The translations under genes and the position numbers were made by a program. Shown piece by piece: positions 24,189 through 37,900 of a stretch of DNA of 64,000 bases. A model generated the notes under the pieces. It did not search any database. It saw nothing but the letters and a program-made list of their open reading frames with translations, and was not told the origin of the DNA. Source of the stretch: Macrostomum lignano (taxonomy: Eukaryota); the NCBI GenBank assembly GCA_002269645.1, contig NIVC01001332.1:1-64000 (forward strand), read 5' to 3'. The first letter of the stretch is position 1. The number at the start of each line of letters is the position of its first letter.

Positions 24189-25307
24189 CCTGGACTCCTA
24201 GCCAAGATGTTAAACCCACACAGATATTGGATGGTTTCTGCCCTCAATTCGAGCTGTTAACACACACTGTAATTTAATTTGCTATAAGGGACCGAGTACG
24301 CTTACTTGTGCTAATTTGAAAATTCACAGGCCTGTTCACGTTGTTTTAAGAAAGATAAAGCATACCCATTATCTATCTGCTAAGTTAAAATGCTTGTTTA
24401 AAAATTCTAATATTTAATGTTTTAATATTATCACTAAGCTTGAACCTTCTTGCTTTTAAAAACGAAAAAGTACGATGACGCTAAAAATACAATTTTGAGA
24501 AGAAAGCGTGCTTATATAGTTAAGAGGAAGCAAGTGTGCGCACGCGCAGTCAGTCCAGATCGTCGAACTCATCTATATATTCATTTGACTTCAATTGTCC
24601 GAGCTACATCAGTATCCGCTATCGGGCATGCTTTTAAAAAGTTTCAGTTTTTTTGACGGGGCTCTAAATAAATGAATATAATTTTTTTTGGATATAAGTA
24701 TTAGGCGGAACATGTTCATAAACAGATGCTTGTGTTTTGCAATATAGAGTATTTTGAATATTGCGAATAGAGAGTCCTATGTATTCACGAAATAAAAGTA
24801 TCTTTGTGTAGGGCCTAATAAGCTTTTGGATTTTACGATTTTCGATTACTTTTTTGTGAACTTTAAAAACAAGGAACTAAAATTATCCAAGTAGCATAGT
24901 CATAGGGAATAGGCTAGCTGAAAAAATAATTTCTATACTTTACTTGATGCTTAAAAGTCACGGAATTTAAAATTTCAAAGATTTGATAAAATTTTGATTC
25001 TTGACATTTTTTGTTAAATTTGTTAATGTTTAACTCAGTTTAGGTCTAATATTCCAAGTTTTTGGACTTAAGTTAAAGTCTTCTAGCAATATAATATAAA
25101 ATAAAAATAGGCAGAAAACGAATAAACGTATTCCTATTGCTAAAAACTATGGCTTAATCCTTTAAAACTTTAAAAATTATATAAGTTCTGTTTCTATAGA
25201 TATAGAATGTCATTTCCATTTAATAAAACATATTACTTGCTGATAATGATAATATAATTTTTCAATGAATTCAAAACATCTGTTTTATTCAAAAACTTAA
25301 CTGCTTT
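24189..25307. promoter_or_regulatory. Probable divergent promoter region between the Y-box gene and the UBL-NZF-PARP gene
   Basis: Start codons are head-to-head about 1.1 kb apart; no TSS evidence is available. Confidence 0.35.
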
Positions 25308-25922
25308 ATGTATCAAACCCAACAACTAGCTGATAGCCTGCAACAGGCTATCAAAAATGGTAGCACTAAAAGTGCTTTTCATCTTGTAGACCAGCTATGC
25401 CAGATTCCTTGTCAGGTATGTATCTACCCAGAGAAATCCCAGCATCAGTTCTTATCCAATCAGCAGCAAGCGGCTCCTCAGATGGTTGTGGTGGTGACTC
25501 TGCAGTCTCGAGGCGGTCATCTCAGTAGAAAAATTCGACTCTGTCCACCAGGAGGCCCAGCTTCCACCATTGCCGACCTGAAAGAGCAGCTTCTAATCAA
25601 TTTTGGTTTGCCTATCGCCTCCCAATGTTGCATTGTTAATCAGCAAGTTCCAGACGATTTGGTTACTCTGGCTAATCTTGCTGAACAGTCCAGATCTGGT
25701 CAATTATTTGGCATCGAGGTTCTTGTGTATCTGCAGCCACCGCCTCCGGTGAAGGACCATGGGCAAGACAGGTTGGCCAGCGAGACTTGGGCCCCGCCTA
25801 CCGAGGAGAGGCTGGCTCAGATTCGGCTGGAGGTTCAGAGGAAGCGAGAAGAATTGATTGCAGCGGCGGAAGCTGCTGCTGCAGATTTTGCTTTAGAAGA
25901 TTTCGAAAATCAAGTCCAAGAG
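25308..25922 (+). CDS. Exon 1: LUBAC-tethering-motif-like helix + ubiquitin-like domain (RBCK1/SHARPIN-like)
   Basis: LADSLQQAIKNGSTKSAFHLVDQL resembles the LTM (L..AI..G...A...L). TIADLKEQLLINFGLPIASQCCIVNQQVPDDLVTLANL...VYL resembles the HOIL-1L/SHARPIN UBL. Donor GAG|GTGAGA. Confidence 0.75.
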
Positions 25923-28900
25923 GTGAGATTGAGTGAAACTGTAGTCTGTTTCTAGGTTTAACGCTGTTTTCGTATTAAGACTGGGCTGCTACCCGCCACC
26001 CTCCCAGATCCTCAGTTGCTGAGCCAGCCTCCCAGATCCTCAGTGGCTGGGCCAGCCTCCCAGATCCTCAGTTGCTGGGCCAGCCTCCCAGATCCTCAGT
26101 TGCTGGGCCAGCCTCCCAGATCCTCAGTTGCTGGGCCAGCCTCCCAGATCCTCAGTTGCTGGGCCAGCCTCCCAGATCCTCAGTTGCTGGGCCAGCCTCC
26201 CAGATCCTCAGTTGCTGGGCCAGCCTCCCAGATCCTCAATTGCTGGGCCAGCCTCCCAGATCCTCAGTTGCTAAGCCAGCCTCCCAGATCCTCAGTTGCT
26301 GGGCCAGCCTCCCAGATCCTCAATTGCTGGGCCAGCCTCCCAGATCCTCAGTTGCTAAGCCAGCCTCCCAGATCCTCAGTTGCTGGGCCAGCCTCCCAGA
26401 TCCTCAGTTGCTGGACCAGCCTCCCAGATCCTCAGTTGCTGAGCCAGCCTCCCAGATCCTCAGTTGCTGGGCCAGCCTCCCAGATCCTCAGTGGCTGGGC
26501 CAGCCCCCCAGATCCTCAGTTGCTGAGCCAGCCTCCCAGATCCTCAGTTGCTAAGCCAGCCTCCCAGATCCTCAGTTGCTAAGCCAGCCTCCCAGATCCC
26601 ATATCAAGCTACTATCCCTAGCAGCTCGGTAACTAAGTCGATTTATAAGCCGAGTCGCATTTTACAATCCAATTATTTATTTCTCATTCGTAGTTTTTCT
26701 TTCGAGGCGAAAGTTCAACTACTGGCTAAAACTTGGGTTAAAATAGCGGTTACAATATTTTTCTTCAACTAATCTCTGTTTGAATGGGTGCCAACAGGAT
26801 ACTGTGTTATTCACCTGAACCTAATAATGCTTTTATCTAATCGCTTTCGTTGCCTTAGCTACTAAACTCTTTAGTTTGTGCGACTGTGGAATATACTTTA
26901 GAGGACTAGAAGCTAGTTTTTTAGGGTAAAAACAGTTTTTTTTAAAGATAAAAAAGTTAATAAATTTATAAGTTTTCCTAATCCAGGACTGGTTTGGATT
27001 TGGAAATGGAAGATTTGGAAGTCCCATCATTGGGGATCATCTTGATCCCAGAATTAGAGATTTGAAATCCCATCATTGGACTTTGGGATCTTGATCCTAG
27101 AATTAGAGATTTGGAAGTCTCATCATAGGAGATCTTGATCCCATAATTAGAGATTTGAAATCCCATCATTGAGGATCATCTTCATCCCAGAATTAGAGAT
27201 TTAAAGATCCCATCATTGGGGATCTTGATCCCAGAATTAGGGGTTTGGAAATCCCATCATTTGGGGATCTTGGTCCCAAAATTAGAGATCTAAAAATCCC
27301 ATGATTGGTGATCTTGATCCCAGAATTAGAGATTCGAAAGTCATATCATTGGGGATCTTGATCCCAGAAATAGAGATCTGGAAATCCCATCATTGGGGAT
27401 CTTGATCCCAGAATTAAGGGTTTGGAAATCCCATCATTTGGGGATCTTGGTCCCAAAATTAGAGATCTAAAAATCCCATGATTGGGGATCTTGATCCCAG
27501 CATTAGAGATCTAGAAATCTCATGATTGGGGATCTTGATCCCAGAATTAGAGATTCGAAAGTCATATCATTGGGGATCTTGATCCCAGAAATAGAGATCT
27601 GGAAATCCCATCATTTGGGGATCTTGGTCCCAAAATTAGAGATCTGGAAATCCCAAATTTGGTCATCTTGAATCTCCTGAACCGCAGCCGCACTGGGAGT
27701 GTCCCACCTGCACCTGCTGGAACCCGATTCGTCGTCCAGGCTGTCAGGGCTGCGCCACCGACCGTCCAGCTGATGTTGACGCCGACTTGCTCGCCGCCTA
27801 CGGTGATGAAGCTGACAAATTGGAGGCTGAGGTGGAGGACGACGATCCGGATAATGTGAGTGAGGGGGGAGCGGAGCGTAGGAATGTCGGGGGCTATAAG
27901 TTGGGTGAAGAGTGAAACTGTCAGTGAAAGAGTACCAATTTTAGAAGTGTCCAGATAGGGAAAAAGTGACCAGATAAGGAGGTGTGACTAGATAGAGGGA
28001 GTGACCAGATAGGGAGGGAGTGACCAGATAGAGAGGGAGCGACAAGATAGGGAGAAAGTGACCAGTCAAAACAGATAGGGAATGAGTGACTCTGTTATGG
28101 AAAGAGTGACCAGATAGGGAAAGAGTGACCAGATAGAGAGGGATTGACCCTGTTAGGGAAAGAGTAACTAAATAAACGAAGGCGTGATCAGATGGGGAGA
28201 GAGTGACCAGATAGGGAAAGTGTGACCCTGTTCGGGAAAGAGTGACCAGATGGGGAAAGAGTGACCAGATAGGGAGGGAGTGACCAGATAGAGAAAGAGT
28301 GACCAGACAGGGAAAGAGTGACTACATAGGAAAAGATTGACCACATAGGGAGGGAGTGACCAGATAGAGAAAGAGTGACCAGAGGGGGAAAGATTGACAG
28401 GCTCATGCGCAGGAGAGTCTGTCTGACCCATCCGCGCTCTCCTTCAGCCTGGCTGGCGCTGTCCGATCTGCACCTACAAGAACCCGCCCCACCGGCCGGG
28501 CTGTGCCGGGTGCGCAGCCGATCGACCGGACGGCTACGAGCCACCGGACGGCTACGAGCCTCCAGAAGATCCGGAGCAGCAGCGGCTGGAACAGCTGCTA
28601 GACCAGGAGCTGCGAGATCAGGCAAGAAAGAATTTCGATCTTTAAATCGAACCGTTTTTATATAATTTCAAATAGCCGATATGTATCGAAAATAATATTT
28701 TTGTGAATCATTATGCGTTTGTGTGTGGCTGAAACGTTTGACTGGGATAATTGGACTATACGTAATGCTAGTATAATTTATATAAAAATATAGAAAATGA
28801 TACAACTTGATTGCTACTTACTAAAAAATAGAAAATTGCTGGAAAAATGTGTTGTTCGAATCGCTTGAGATTCGAACCAAGGACTGACGGCTAATTTGAA

Positions 28901-31900
28901 CTCTAACCATCGAAGTATAATGGCGTCTACGACAATTCTTAAAATTTTTCGAAGAGGAGTAAGTGCTACTTTAATATTTCACTTACCGACAACTACTAAA
29001 AGTAATATGATTCGGAGAAATAAATAAACTATTTGGCTGTTTATTTTTAACTTTGAGTTGTAATTTTTTTCAGCCGGGCTGGCTGTGCCCAAAATGCACG
29101 TACAAGAATGCCCCGTACCGACCGGGCTGCCAGGTGTGCTCAGCTAACAGACCCGCCGACTACAGACCACCTGCGGGTTACCAGCCACCACCCGAGGTAC
29201 TCGCTATGGAGCAGCAGCAGCAGAGAGCCTACCTGGAGACTTTTGTTAAGGTAAGACTGACTTATCAAATTGTATTGAGAGATCATATTTTAATTCTTAG
29301 ATAGTTATAATCCATGAGTGTTCAGATTTCCATAACTTAAACTTTAAACCAAAACCCAAAACTCAGCACGAAACCCACAAGCCACAACCCTGCACCGAAA
29401 CTCAAAACCCGGTATCAAAACCCACAACACGATATAGAAACCCATAACACGATAAAGAAACCCAAAACTCCATAAAGAAACCCACAACTCCATAAAAAAC
29501 CCACAACTCCATAAAGAAACCCACAACTCCATAAAAAACCCACAACTCCATAAAGAAACCAACAACCCGGTATACAAAACCCACAACCCGGTATAGAAAA
29601 CCCACAACCCGGTATACAAAACCCACAACCAGTGTATAGAAACTCACAACCTGGTATAGAAAACCCACAATCGGGGTATAGAAAACCCACAACCTGGTAT
29701 AGAAAACCCACAATCGGGGTATAGAAAACCCACAACCTGGTATAGAAAACCCACAATCGGGGTATAGAAAACCCACAACCCGGTATACAAAACCCACAAC
29801 CTGGTATAGAAAACTCACAACCTGGTATAGAAAACCCACAATCGGGGTATAGAAAACCCACAACCTGGTATAGAAAACCCACAATCGGGGTATAGAAAAC
29901 CCACAACCTGGTATAGAAAACCCACAATCGGGGTATAGAAAACCCACAACCTGGTATAGAAAACCCACAATCGGGGTATAGAAGCTCACAACCTGGTATA
30001 GAAAACCCACAATCGGGGTATAGAAAACCCACAACCTGGTATAGAAAACCCACAATCGGGGTATAGAAAACCCACAACCTGGTATAGAAAACCCACAATC
30101 GGGGTATAGAAAACCCACAACCTGGTATAGAAAACCCACAATCGGGGTATAGAAACCCACACAAACTTAGATCTCGTAGGCTAACAAAGCCCGAACTCGG
30201 TGTGCAACCGCAGGAGAACCGGATGCAAATGGTCAGCCGGCAGTTCGACTGCGGTCACGAAGAGAAAATTTCTTGGTACGCAAATTTCCGAAGGATCAAC
30301 AATCAGTTCTGCTCCAGGTGCTGGTCTATCGCTGCCCAGATACACAAAGAGAAGCTGGCAGGCGCTGGGGCTGATGAAGCGGGTGAAGTTAAGCGAACAC
30401 CAGTCACCGAGGACGATGAGGACACGGCTGTTGAGTACTTTAGGGTGAGCTCGGCCGCGTGCTGCAGGGAATTTACGACCGAGTGGTGTAGCCGGGCACT
30501 CTCATGTGCCAGCGGCCCAGGCTCGATTCCAAGTGCAGTCACATTAATTAATCTAATATACTAAAAATGAAATGCTTGGTTGCTTGCTTGTAATTGATTT
30601 TCTCCCGAACGGCTCAACCGATTTTCTTCAAACTTGCACCATTCGATCAGAAATTTTCCTGGGACGGTACATGCATCTTGGCTAAGAAATTGCTCAATTT
30701 TAAAGGGATTAAATATTCGAAAAACCTGCTTTTTTGCAAAGGTCAAGCAGCTCTTTCGTCCTAATATTCATTGTAAGAATGCTAGAGAAAAAACTGACTG
30801 GCTGAATTCCGATCGTGATAAAGATTGCATCACAACAAGTTGAAAACAGTGGCGAAGAAATGCACACACGACTTGATTGAAATTGCGTAACCATATTGCT
30901 AACTTAAATTGAGGCTGATACTGGCTGACTGAGAAATTGATTATGTCATAACTTTTTACTCTAACCAACTTGCTGTAAGTATTGAATTATAAGGGCCACA
31001 AATCATGTTCTCCAATTGAAAAGAGATAGCCTCGATGCGAACAGACTGGACTGCTAATGTAGCAGCCTGGGTTCGAATCTTAGTAGTGCAAAAAGATTTT
31101 TTTATTAAAAAACCTTAAAAACACTAAATGCTAAACACAAAAAACAACAATGTAAAACATTAAAGAGCCACTATGTCGAACATTAAAGAGCCATCATGTC
31201 TAACATTAAAGAGCCACCATGTCTAACATTAAAGAGCCACCATGTCTAACATTAAAGAGCCACCATGTCAAACATTAGAGAGCCACCATGTCCAACATAA
31301 AACGACCACCATGTCAAACATTAAAGAGCCACCATGTCGAACATTAAAGAGCCACCATGTCAAATATTAAAGAGCCACCATGTCAAACATTAAAGAGCCA
31401 CAATGTCCAACATATATGTGACTCCATGTCAAACATTAAAGAGCCACCATGTCATACATAAAAAGACCACCATGTCGAACATTAAAGAGGCACCATGTCG
31501 AACATTAAAAAGCCACCATGTCTAACATTATAGAGCCACCATGTCGAACATTAGAGAGCAACCATGTCAAACATAAAAGAGCCACCATTTTGAACATTAA
31601 AGAGCCACCATGTCGAACAATAAAGAGCCACCATGTCAAACATTAAAGAGCCACCATTTCGAACTTTTAAGAGCCACCATGTCAAACATTGAAGAGCCAC
31701 TATGTCAAACATAAAAGAGCCACCATGTCGAACATAAAAGAGCTACCATGTCAAACATTAAAGAGCCACCATGTCGAACATTAAAGAACCACCATGTCTA
31801 ACATTAAAGAGCCACCATGTTTAACATTATTGAGTCACCATGTCAAGTATATTCGTGACTCCATGTCAAACATCAAAGAGCCATCATGCCAAACATTAAA

Positions 31901-34900
31901 GAGCCATCATGTCAAACATAAAAGAGCCACTATGTCAAATATTAAAGAGCCACCATGTCAAGCATAAAAGGACCACTATGTCGAACATTAAAGAGCCACC
32001 ATGTCAAAAATTAAAGAGAGACCATGTCTAACATTAAAGAGCCACCATGTCGAACATTAAAGAGCCACCATGTCAAATATTAAAGAGCCACCATGTCAAA
32101 CATTAAAGAGCCATCATTACGTTAAGCTGCCACCAGGTCAAACATTAAAGAGCCACCATGTCTAACATTAACGAGTCACCATTTCAAGTATATTCTTGAC
32201 TCCATGTCAAACATTAAAGAGCCACCATGTCGAACATTAAAGAACCACCATGTCTAACATTAAAGAGCCACCATGTTTAACATTATTGAGTCACCATGTC
32301 AAGTATATTCGTGACTCCATGTCAAACATCAAAGAGCCATCATGCCAAACATTAAAGAGCCATCATGTCAAACATAAAAGAGCCACTATGTCAAATATTA
32401 AAGAGCCACCATGTCAAACATTAAAGAACCACCATGTCTAACATTCAAGAGCCACCATGCAAACATTAAAGAGCCACCATTTCGAACATTAAAGAGCCAC
32501 CATGTCAAACATTTAAGAGCCACTATGTCAAACATAAAAGAGCCACCATGTCGAACACAAAAGAGCTACCATGTCAAACATTAAAGAGCCACAATGTCCA
32601 ACATATATGTGACTCCATGTCAAACATTAAAGAGCCACCATGTCATACATAAAAAGACCACCATGTCGAACATTAAAGAGGCACCATGTCGAACATTAAA
32701 AAGCCACCATGTCTAACATTATAGAGCCACCATGTCGAACATTAAAGAGCAACCATGTCAAACACAAAACAGCCACCATTTTGAACATTAAAGAGCCACC
32801 ATGTCGAACAATAAAGAGCCACCATGCAAACATTAAAGAGCCACCATTTCGAACATTAAAGAGCCACCATGTCAAACATTTAAGAGCCACTATGTCAAAC
32901 ATAAAAGAGCCACCATGTCGAACACAAAAGAGCTACCATGTCAAACATTAAAGAGCCACAATGTCCAACATATATGTGACTCCATGTCAAACATTAAAGA
33001 GCTACCATGTCATACATAAAAAGACCACCATGTCGAACATTAAAGAGGCACCATGTCGAACATTAAAAAGCCACCATGTCTAACATTATAGAGCCACCAT
33101 GTCGAACATTAGAGAGCAACCATGTCAAACATAAAAGAGCCACCATTTTGAACATTAAAGAGCCACCATGTCGAACAATAAAGAGCCACCATGTCAAACA
33201 TTAAAGAGCCACCATGTTTAACATTATTGAGTCACCATGTCAAGTATATTCGTGACTCCATGTCAAACATCAAAGAGCCATCATGCCAAACATTAAAGAG
33301 CCATCATGTCAAACATTAAAGAGAGACCATGTCAAATATTAAAGAGCCACCATGTCAAGCATAAAAGGACCACTATGTCGAACATTAAAGAGCCACCATG
33401 TCAAAAATTAAAGAGAGACCATGTCTAACATTAAAGAGCCACCATGTCGAACATTAAAGAGCCACCATGTCAAATATTAAAGAGCCACCATGTCAAACAT
33501 TAAAAAGCCATCATTACGTTAAGCTGCCACCAGGTCAAACATTAAAGAGCCACCATGTCTAACATTAACGAGTCACCATTTCAAGTATATTCTTGACTCC
33601 ATGTCAAACATAAAAGAGCCACCATGAAGAACATAAAAAAGCCACCATGTCAAACATTAAAGAGCCACCATGTCAAACATATATGTAACTCCATGTCAAA
33701 CAGTAAAGAGCCACCATGTCGAACATAAAAGAACCACAATGTCGAACATAAAAGAGCCACCATGTCAAACATTAAAGAGCCACAATGTCAAACATTAAAG
33801 AGCCACCATGTCGAACATTAAAGAACCACCATGTCTAACATTAAAGAGCCACCATGTCGAACATTAAAGAGCCACCATGTCCAACATATATGTGACTCCA
33901 TGTCAAACATTAAAGAGCCACCATGTCAAACATAAAAAGACCACCATGTCGAACATTAAAGAGGCACCATGTCGAACATTAAAAAGCCACCATGTCTAAC
34001 ATTATAGAGCCACCATGTCGAACATTAAAGAGCAACCATGTCAAACATAAAAGAGCCACCATTTTGAACATTAAAGAGCCACCATGTCGAACAATAAAGA
34101 GCCACCATGTCAAACATAAAAAAACCACCATTTCGAACATTAAAGAGCCACCATGTCAAACATTTAAGAGCCACTATGTCAAACATAAAAGAGAGCCACC
34201 ATGTCGAACATAAAAGAGCTACCATGTCAAACATTAAAGACCCACCATGTCGAACATAAAAGAGCTACCATGTCAAACATAAAAGATCCACCATGTCAAA
34301 CATTTAGAGGCACCATGCAAAACATAAAAGAAGCACCATGTAAAACATATATGTGACTTTATGTCAAACAATAAAGAGCCACCATGTCAAACATAAAAGA
34401 GCCACCATGTCGAACATAAAAGAACCACAATGTCTAACATAAAAGAGCCACCATGTCAAACATTAAAGAGCCACAATGTCAAACATTAAAGAGCCACCAT
34501 GTCGAACATTAAAGAACCACCATGTCTAACATTCAAGAGCCACCATGTCGAACATTAAAGAGCCACCATGTCCAACATATATGTGACTCCATGTCAAACA
34601 TTAAAGAGCCACCATGTCAAACATAAAAGGACCACCATGTCGAACATTAAAGAGGCACCATGTCGAACATTAAAAAGCCACCATGTCTAACATTATAGAG
34701 CCACCATGTCGAACATTAAAGAGCAACCATGTCAAACATAAAAGAGCCACCATTTTGAACATTAAAGAGCCACCATGTCGAACAATAAAGAGCCACCATG
34801 TCAAACATTAAAGAGCCAACATTTCGAACATTAAAAGAGCCACCATGTCAAACAATAAAGAGCCACCATGTCAAACATATGTGTGACTTTATGTCAAACA

Positions 34901-37900
34901 TTAAAGAGCCACCATTTCGAACATTAAAGAGCCACCATGTCGAACATAAAAGAGCCACCATGTCGATCATAAAAGAGCCACCATGTAAAACATTAAAGAG
35001 CCACATTGTCAAACATTAAAGAGCCATTATGTCAAACATTAAAGAGCCACCATGTCTAACATTAAAGAGCCACCATGTGAAACATTAAAAAGCCACCATG
35101 TCAAATATTTAAGAGCCACCATGTCGAACATAAAAGAGCAACCATGTCAAACATAAAAGAGCCACCATTTTGAACAATAAAGGGCCACCATGTCGAACAA
35201 TAAAGAGCCACCATGTCAAACATTAAAGAGCCACCATTTCGAACATTAAAGAGCCACCATGTCAAACAATAAAGAGCCACCATGTCGAACATAAAAGAGC
35301 CACCATGTCGATCATAAAAGAGCCACCATGTAAAACATTAAAGAGCCACATTGTCAAACATTAAAGAGCCACTATGTTAAACATTCAAGAGCCACCATGT
35401 CAAACATATATGTGACTTTATGTCAAACATTAAAGAGCCACCACTTCGAACATTAAAGAGCCACCATGTCAAACATTAAAGAGCCACCAGGTCAAACATG
35501 AAAGTGCCACCATGTAAAACATTAAAGAGCCACCATGTCAAACATATACGTAACTCCATGTCAAACATTGAAGAGACCCCATGTCAAACATTAAAGAGCC
35601 ACCATGTCTAACATTAAAGAGCCACCATGTCCAACATTAAAGAGCCACCATGTCAAAAATTAAAGAGCCACCATGTCAAACATTAAAGAGCCACCATGTC
35701 AAACATTAAAGAGCCACTATGTCAAACATAAAAGAGCCACCTTTTTGAACATTAAAGAGCCACCATGTCAAACATAATAGAGCCAATATGTCAAACATTA
35801 AAAAGCCACTTTGTCAAACATAGAAGAGCTCCAATGTCAAACATAGAAGAGCCCCCATGTCAAACATAGAAGAGCCCCCATGTCAAACATAGAAGAGCCC
35901 CCATGTCAAACATAGAAGAGCCACCATGTCAGACATTGAAAAGCCACCGTATCAAACATAAAAGAGTTACCATGTACGAGCGTAGAACAAAAAAGAGCCA
36001 CAATGTATAACATAAAAGAGCCAAAATGTATAACATAAAAGAGCCACCCTGTTAAACATAAAAGATACACAATTTCAAACGTAAAAGTAAGCGAATTTTA
36101 AAGGAGCCGCTATAATGCTAAGGAAATTGTCGCACTAGCTACTTATTGTCTGGTGGATGCTTACTATTTGGGGATGCTATCTATCTTGGGGATGCTTGCT
36201 ATCTGGGGGATGCTTGCTATCTTGGGGATGCTTGCTATCTGGGGGATGCTTGCTATCTGGGGGATGCTTGCTATCTGGGGATGCTTGCTATCTGGGGATG
36301 CTTGCTATCTTGGGGATGCTTGCTATCTGGGGGATGCTTGCTATCTTGGGGATGCTTGCTATCTTGGGGATGCTTGCTATCTGGGGGATGCTTGCTATCT
36401 GGGGGATGCTTGCTATCTTGGAGATGCTTGCTATCTGGGGGATGCTTGCTATCTGGGGGATGCTTGCTATCTGGGGGATGCTTGCTATCTGGGGGATGCT
36501 TGCTATCTGGGGGATGCTTGCTATCTGGGGGATGCTTGCTATCTGGGGGATGCTTGCTTTCTGGGGATGCTTGCTATCTGGGGGATGCTTGCTATCTTGG
36601 GGATGCTTGCTATCTGGGGATGCTTGCTATCTTGGGGATTCTTGCTATCTTGGGGATGCTTGCGGTCTTGGGATGATTTCTTTTTGCAATGCACTTTATT
36701 TGAGCAGTTTGTCTGTTGTCTTTTTGTAGGATTTTTGGCTGTCTTTTTGTTACTTGTAGAGAACAGAAGTTCTATCCAGATGTCCCCCATCGGGGGGGGG
36801 GGCGAAGATTGCTAGTCCTATATACTGAAAATGAGTTGTCTGTATGTGGGTAGGTAGGTATGCGATAGATTTCAGAAAAAATGGCTCAACCGATTTTCTT
36901 CAAACTTGCACCATTTGATCAGAAATTTTCCTGGGACGGTACATGCATCTTGGCTAAGAAATTGCTCAATGTTAAAAGGATTAAATATTCGAAAAAACAT
37001 GCTTTTTTGCAAAGGTCAAGCAAAATTTTCGACTTGAAATGCATTGTAAGAATGCTAGAGAAAAAATTTGAGCAGTTTGTCTGTTGTCTTTTTGTAGGAT
37101 TTTTGGCTGTCTTTTTGTTACTTGTAGAGAACAGAAGTTCTATCCAGATGTCCCCCATCGGGGGGGGCGAAGATTGCTAGTCCTATATACTGAAAATGAG
37201 TTGTCTGTATGTGGGTAGGTAGGTATGCGATAGATTTCAGAAAAAAATGGCTCAACCGATTTTCTTCAAACTTGCACCATTTGATCAGAAAATTTCCTGG
37301 GACGGTACATGCATCTTGGCTAAGAAATTGCTCAATGTTAAAAGGATTAAATATTCGAAAAACATGCTTTTTTGCAAAGGTCAAGCAAAATTTTCGACTT
37401 GAAATGCATTGTAAGAATGCTAGAGAAAAAACTGACTGGCTGAATTCCGATTGTGATAAAGATTGCATCACAACAAGTTGAAAACAGTGTCAAAGAAATG
37501 CACACACGACTTGATTTAAATTGCGTAACCATATTGCCAACTTAAATTGAGACTGATTCTGGCTGACTGAGAAATTGATTATGTCATAACTTTTACTCCA
37601 ATTGACTTGCTGTAAGAATTGAATTATAAGGGCCACAATTCGTGTTCTCCAATTGAAAAAGATAGCCCAGATGCGAACAGACTGGAATGCTAATGTAGCG
37701 ACCTGGGTTCGAATCTTAGTAGTGCAAAAAAGATTTTTTTTTATTAAAACACCTTAAAAACACAAAACTTCTAAACATAAAAGAAGCGCAATGTCAAACA
37801 TAGAAAAGCCACCATGTCGAACATAAAAGAGCCAACATATCGAATATTAAAGAGCCACCATGTCAAACCTAAACGAGCCACCATGTCTAATATTTAAGAG

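Noticed and set aside
28855-28915. tRNA genes here and at the other GGTTCGAATC/GGTTCGATTC sites
   Set aside because: B-box-like motifs are present but no complete cloverleaf or acceptor stem could be built; these are SINE- or Helitron-borne relics.
26016-30164. Long repetitive ORFs at 26016-26582 and 29402-30164
   Set aside because: Artefacts of intronic minisatellites lying between well-supported exons.
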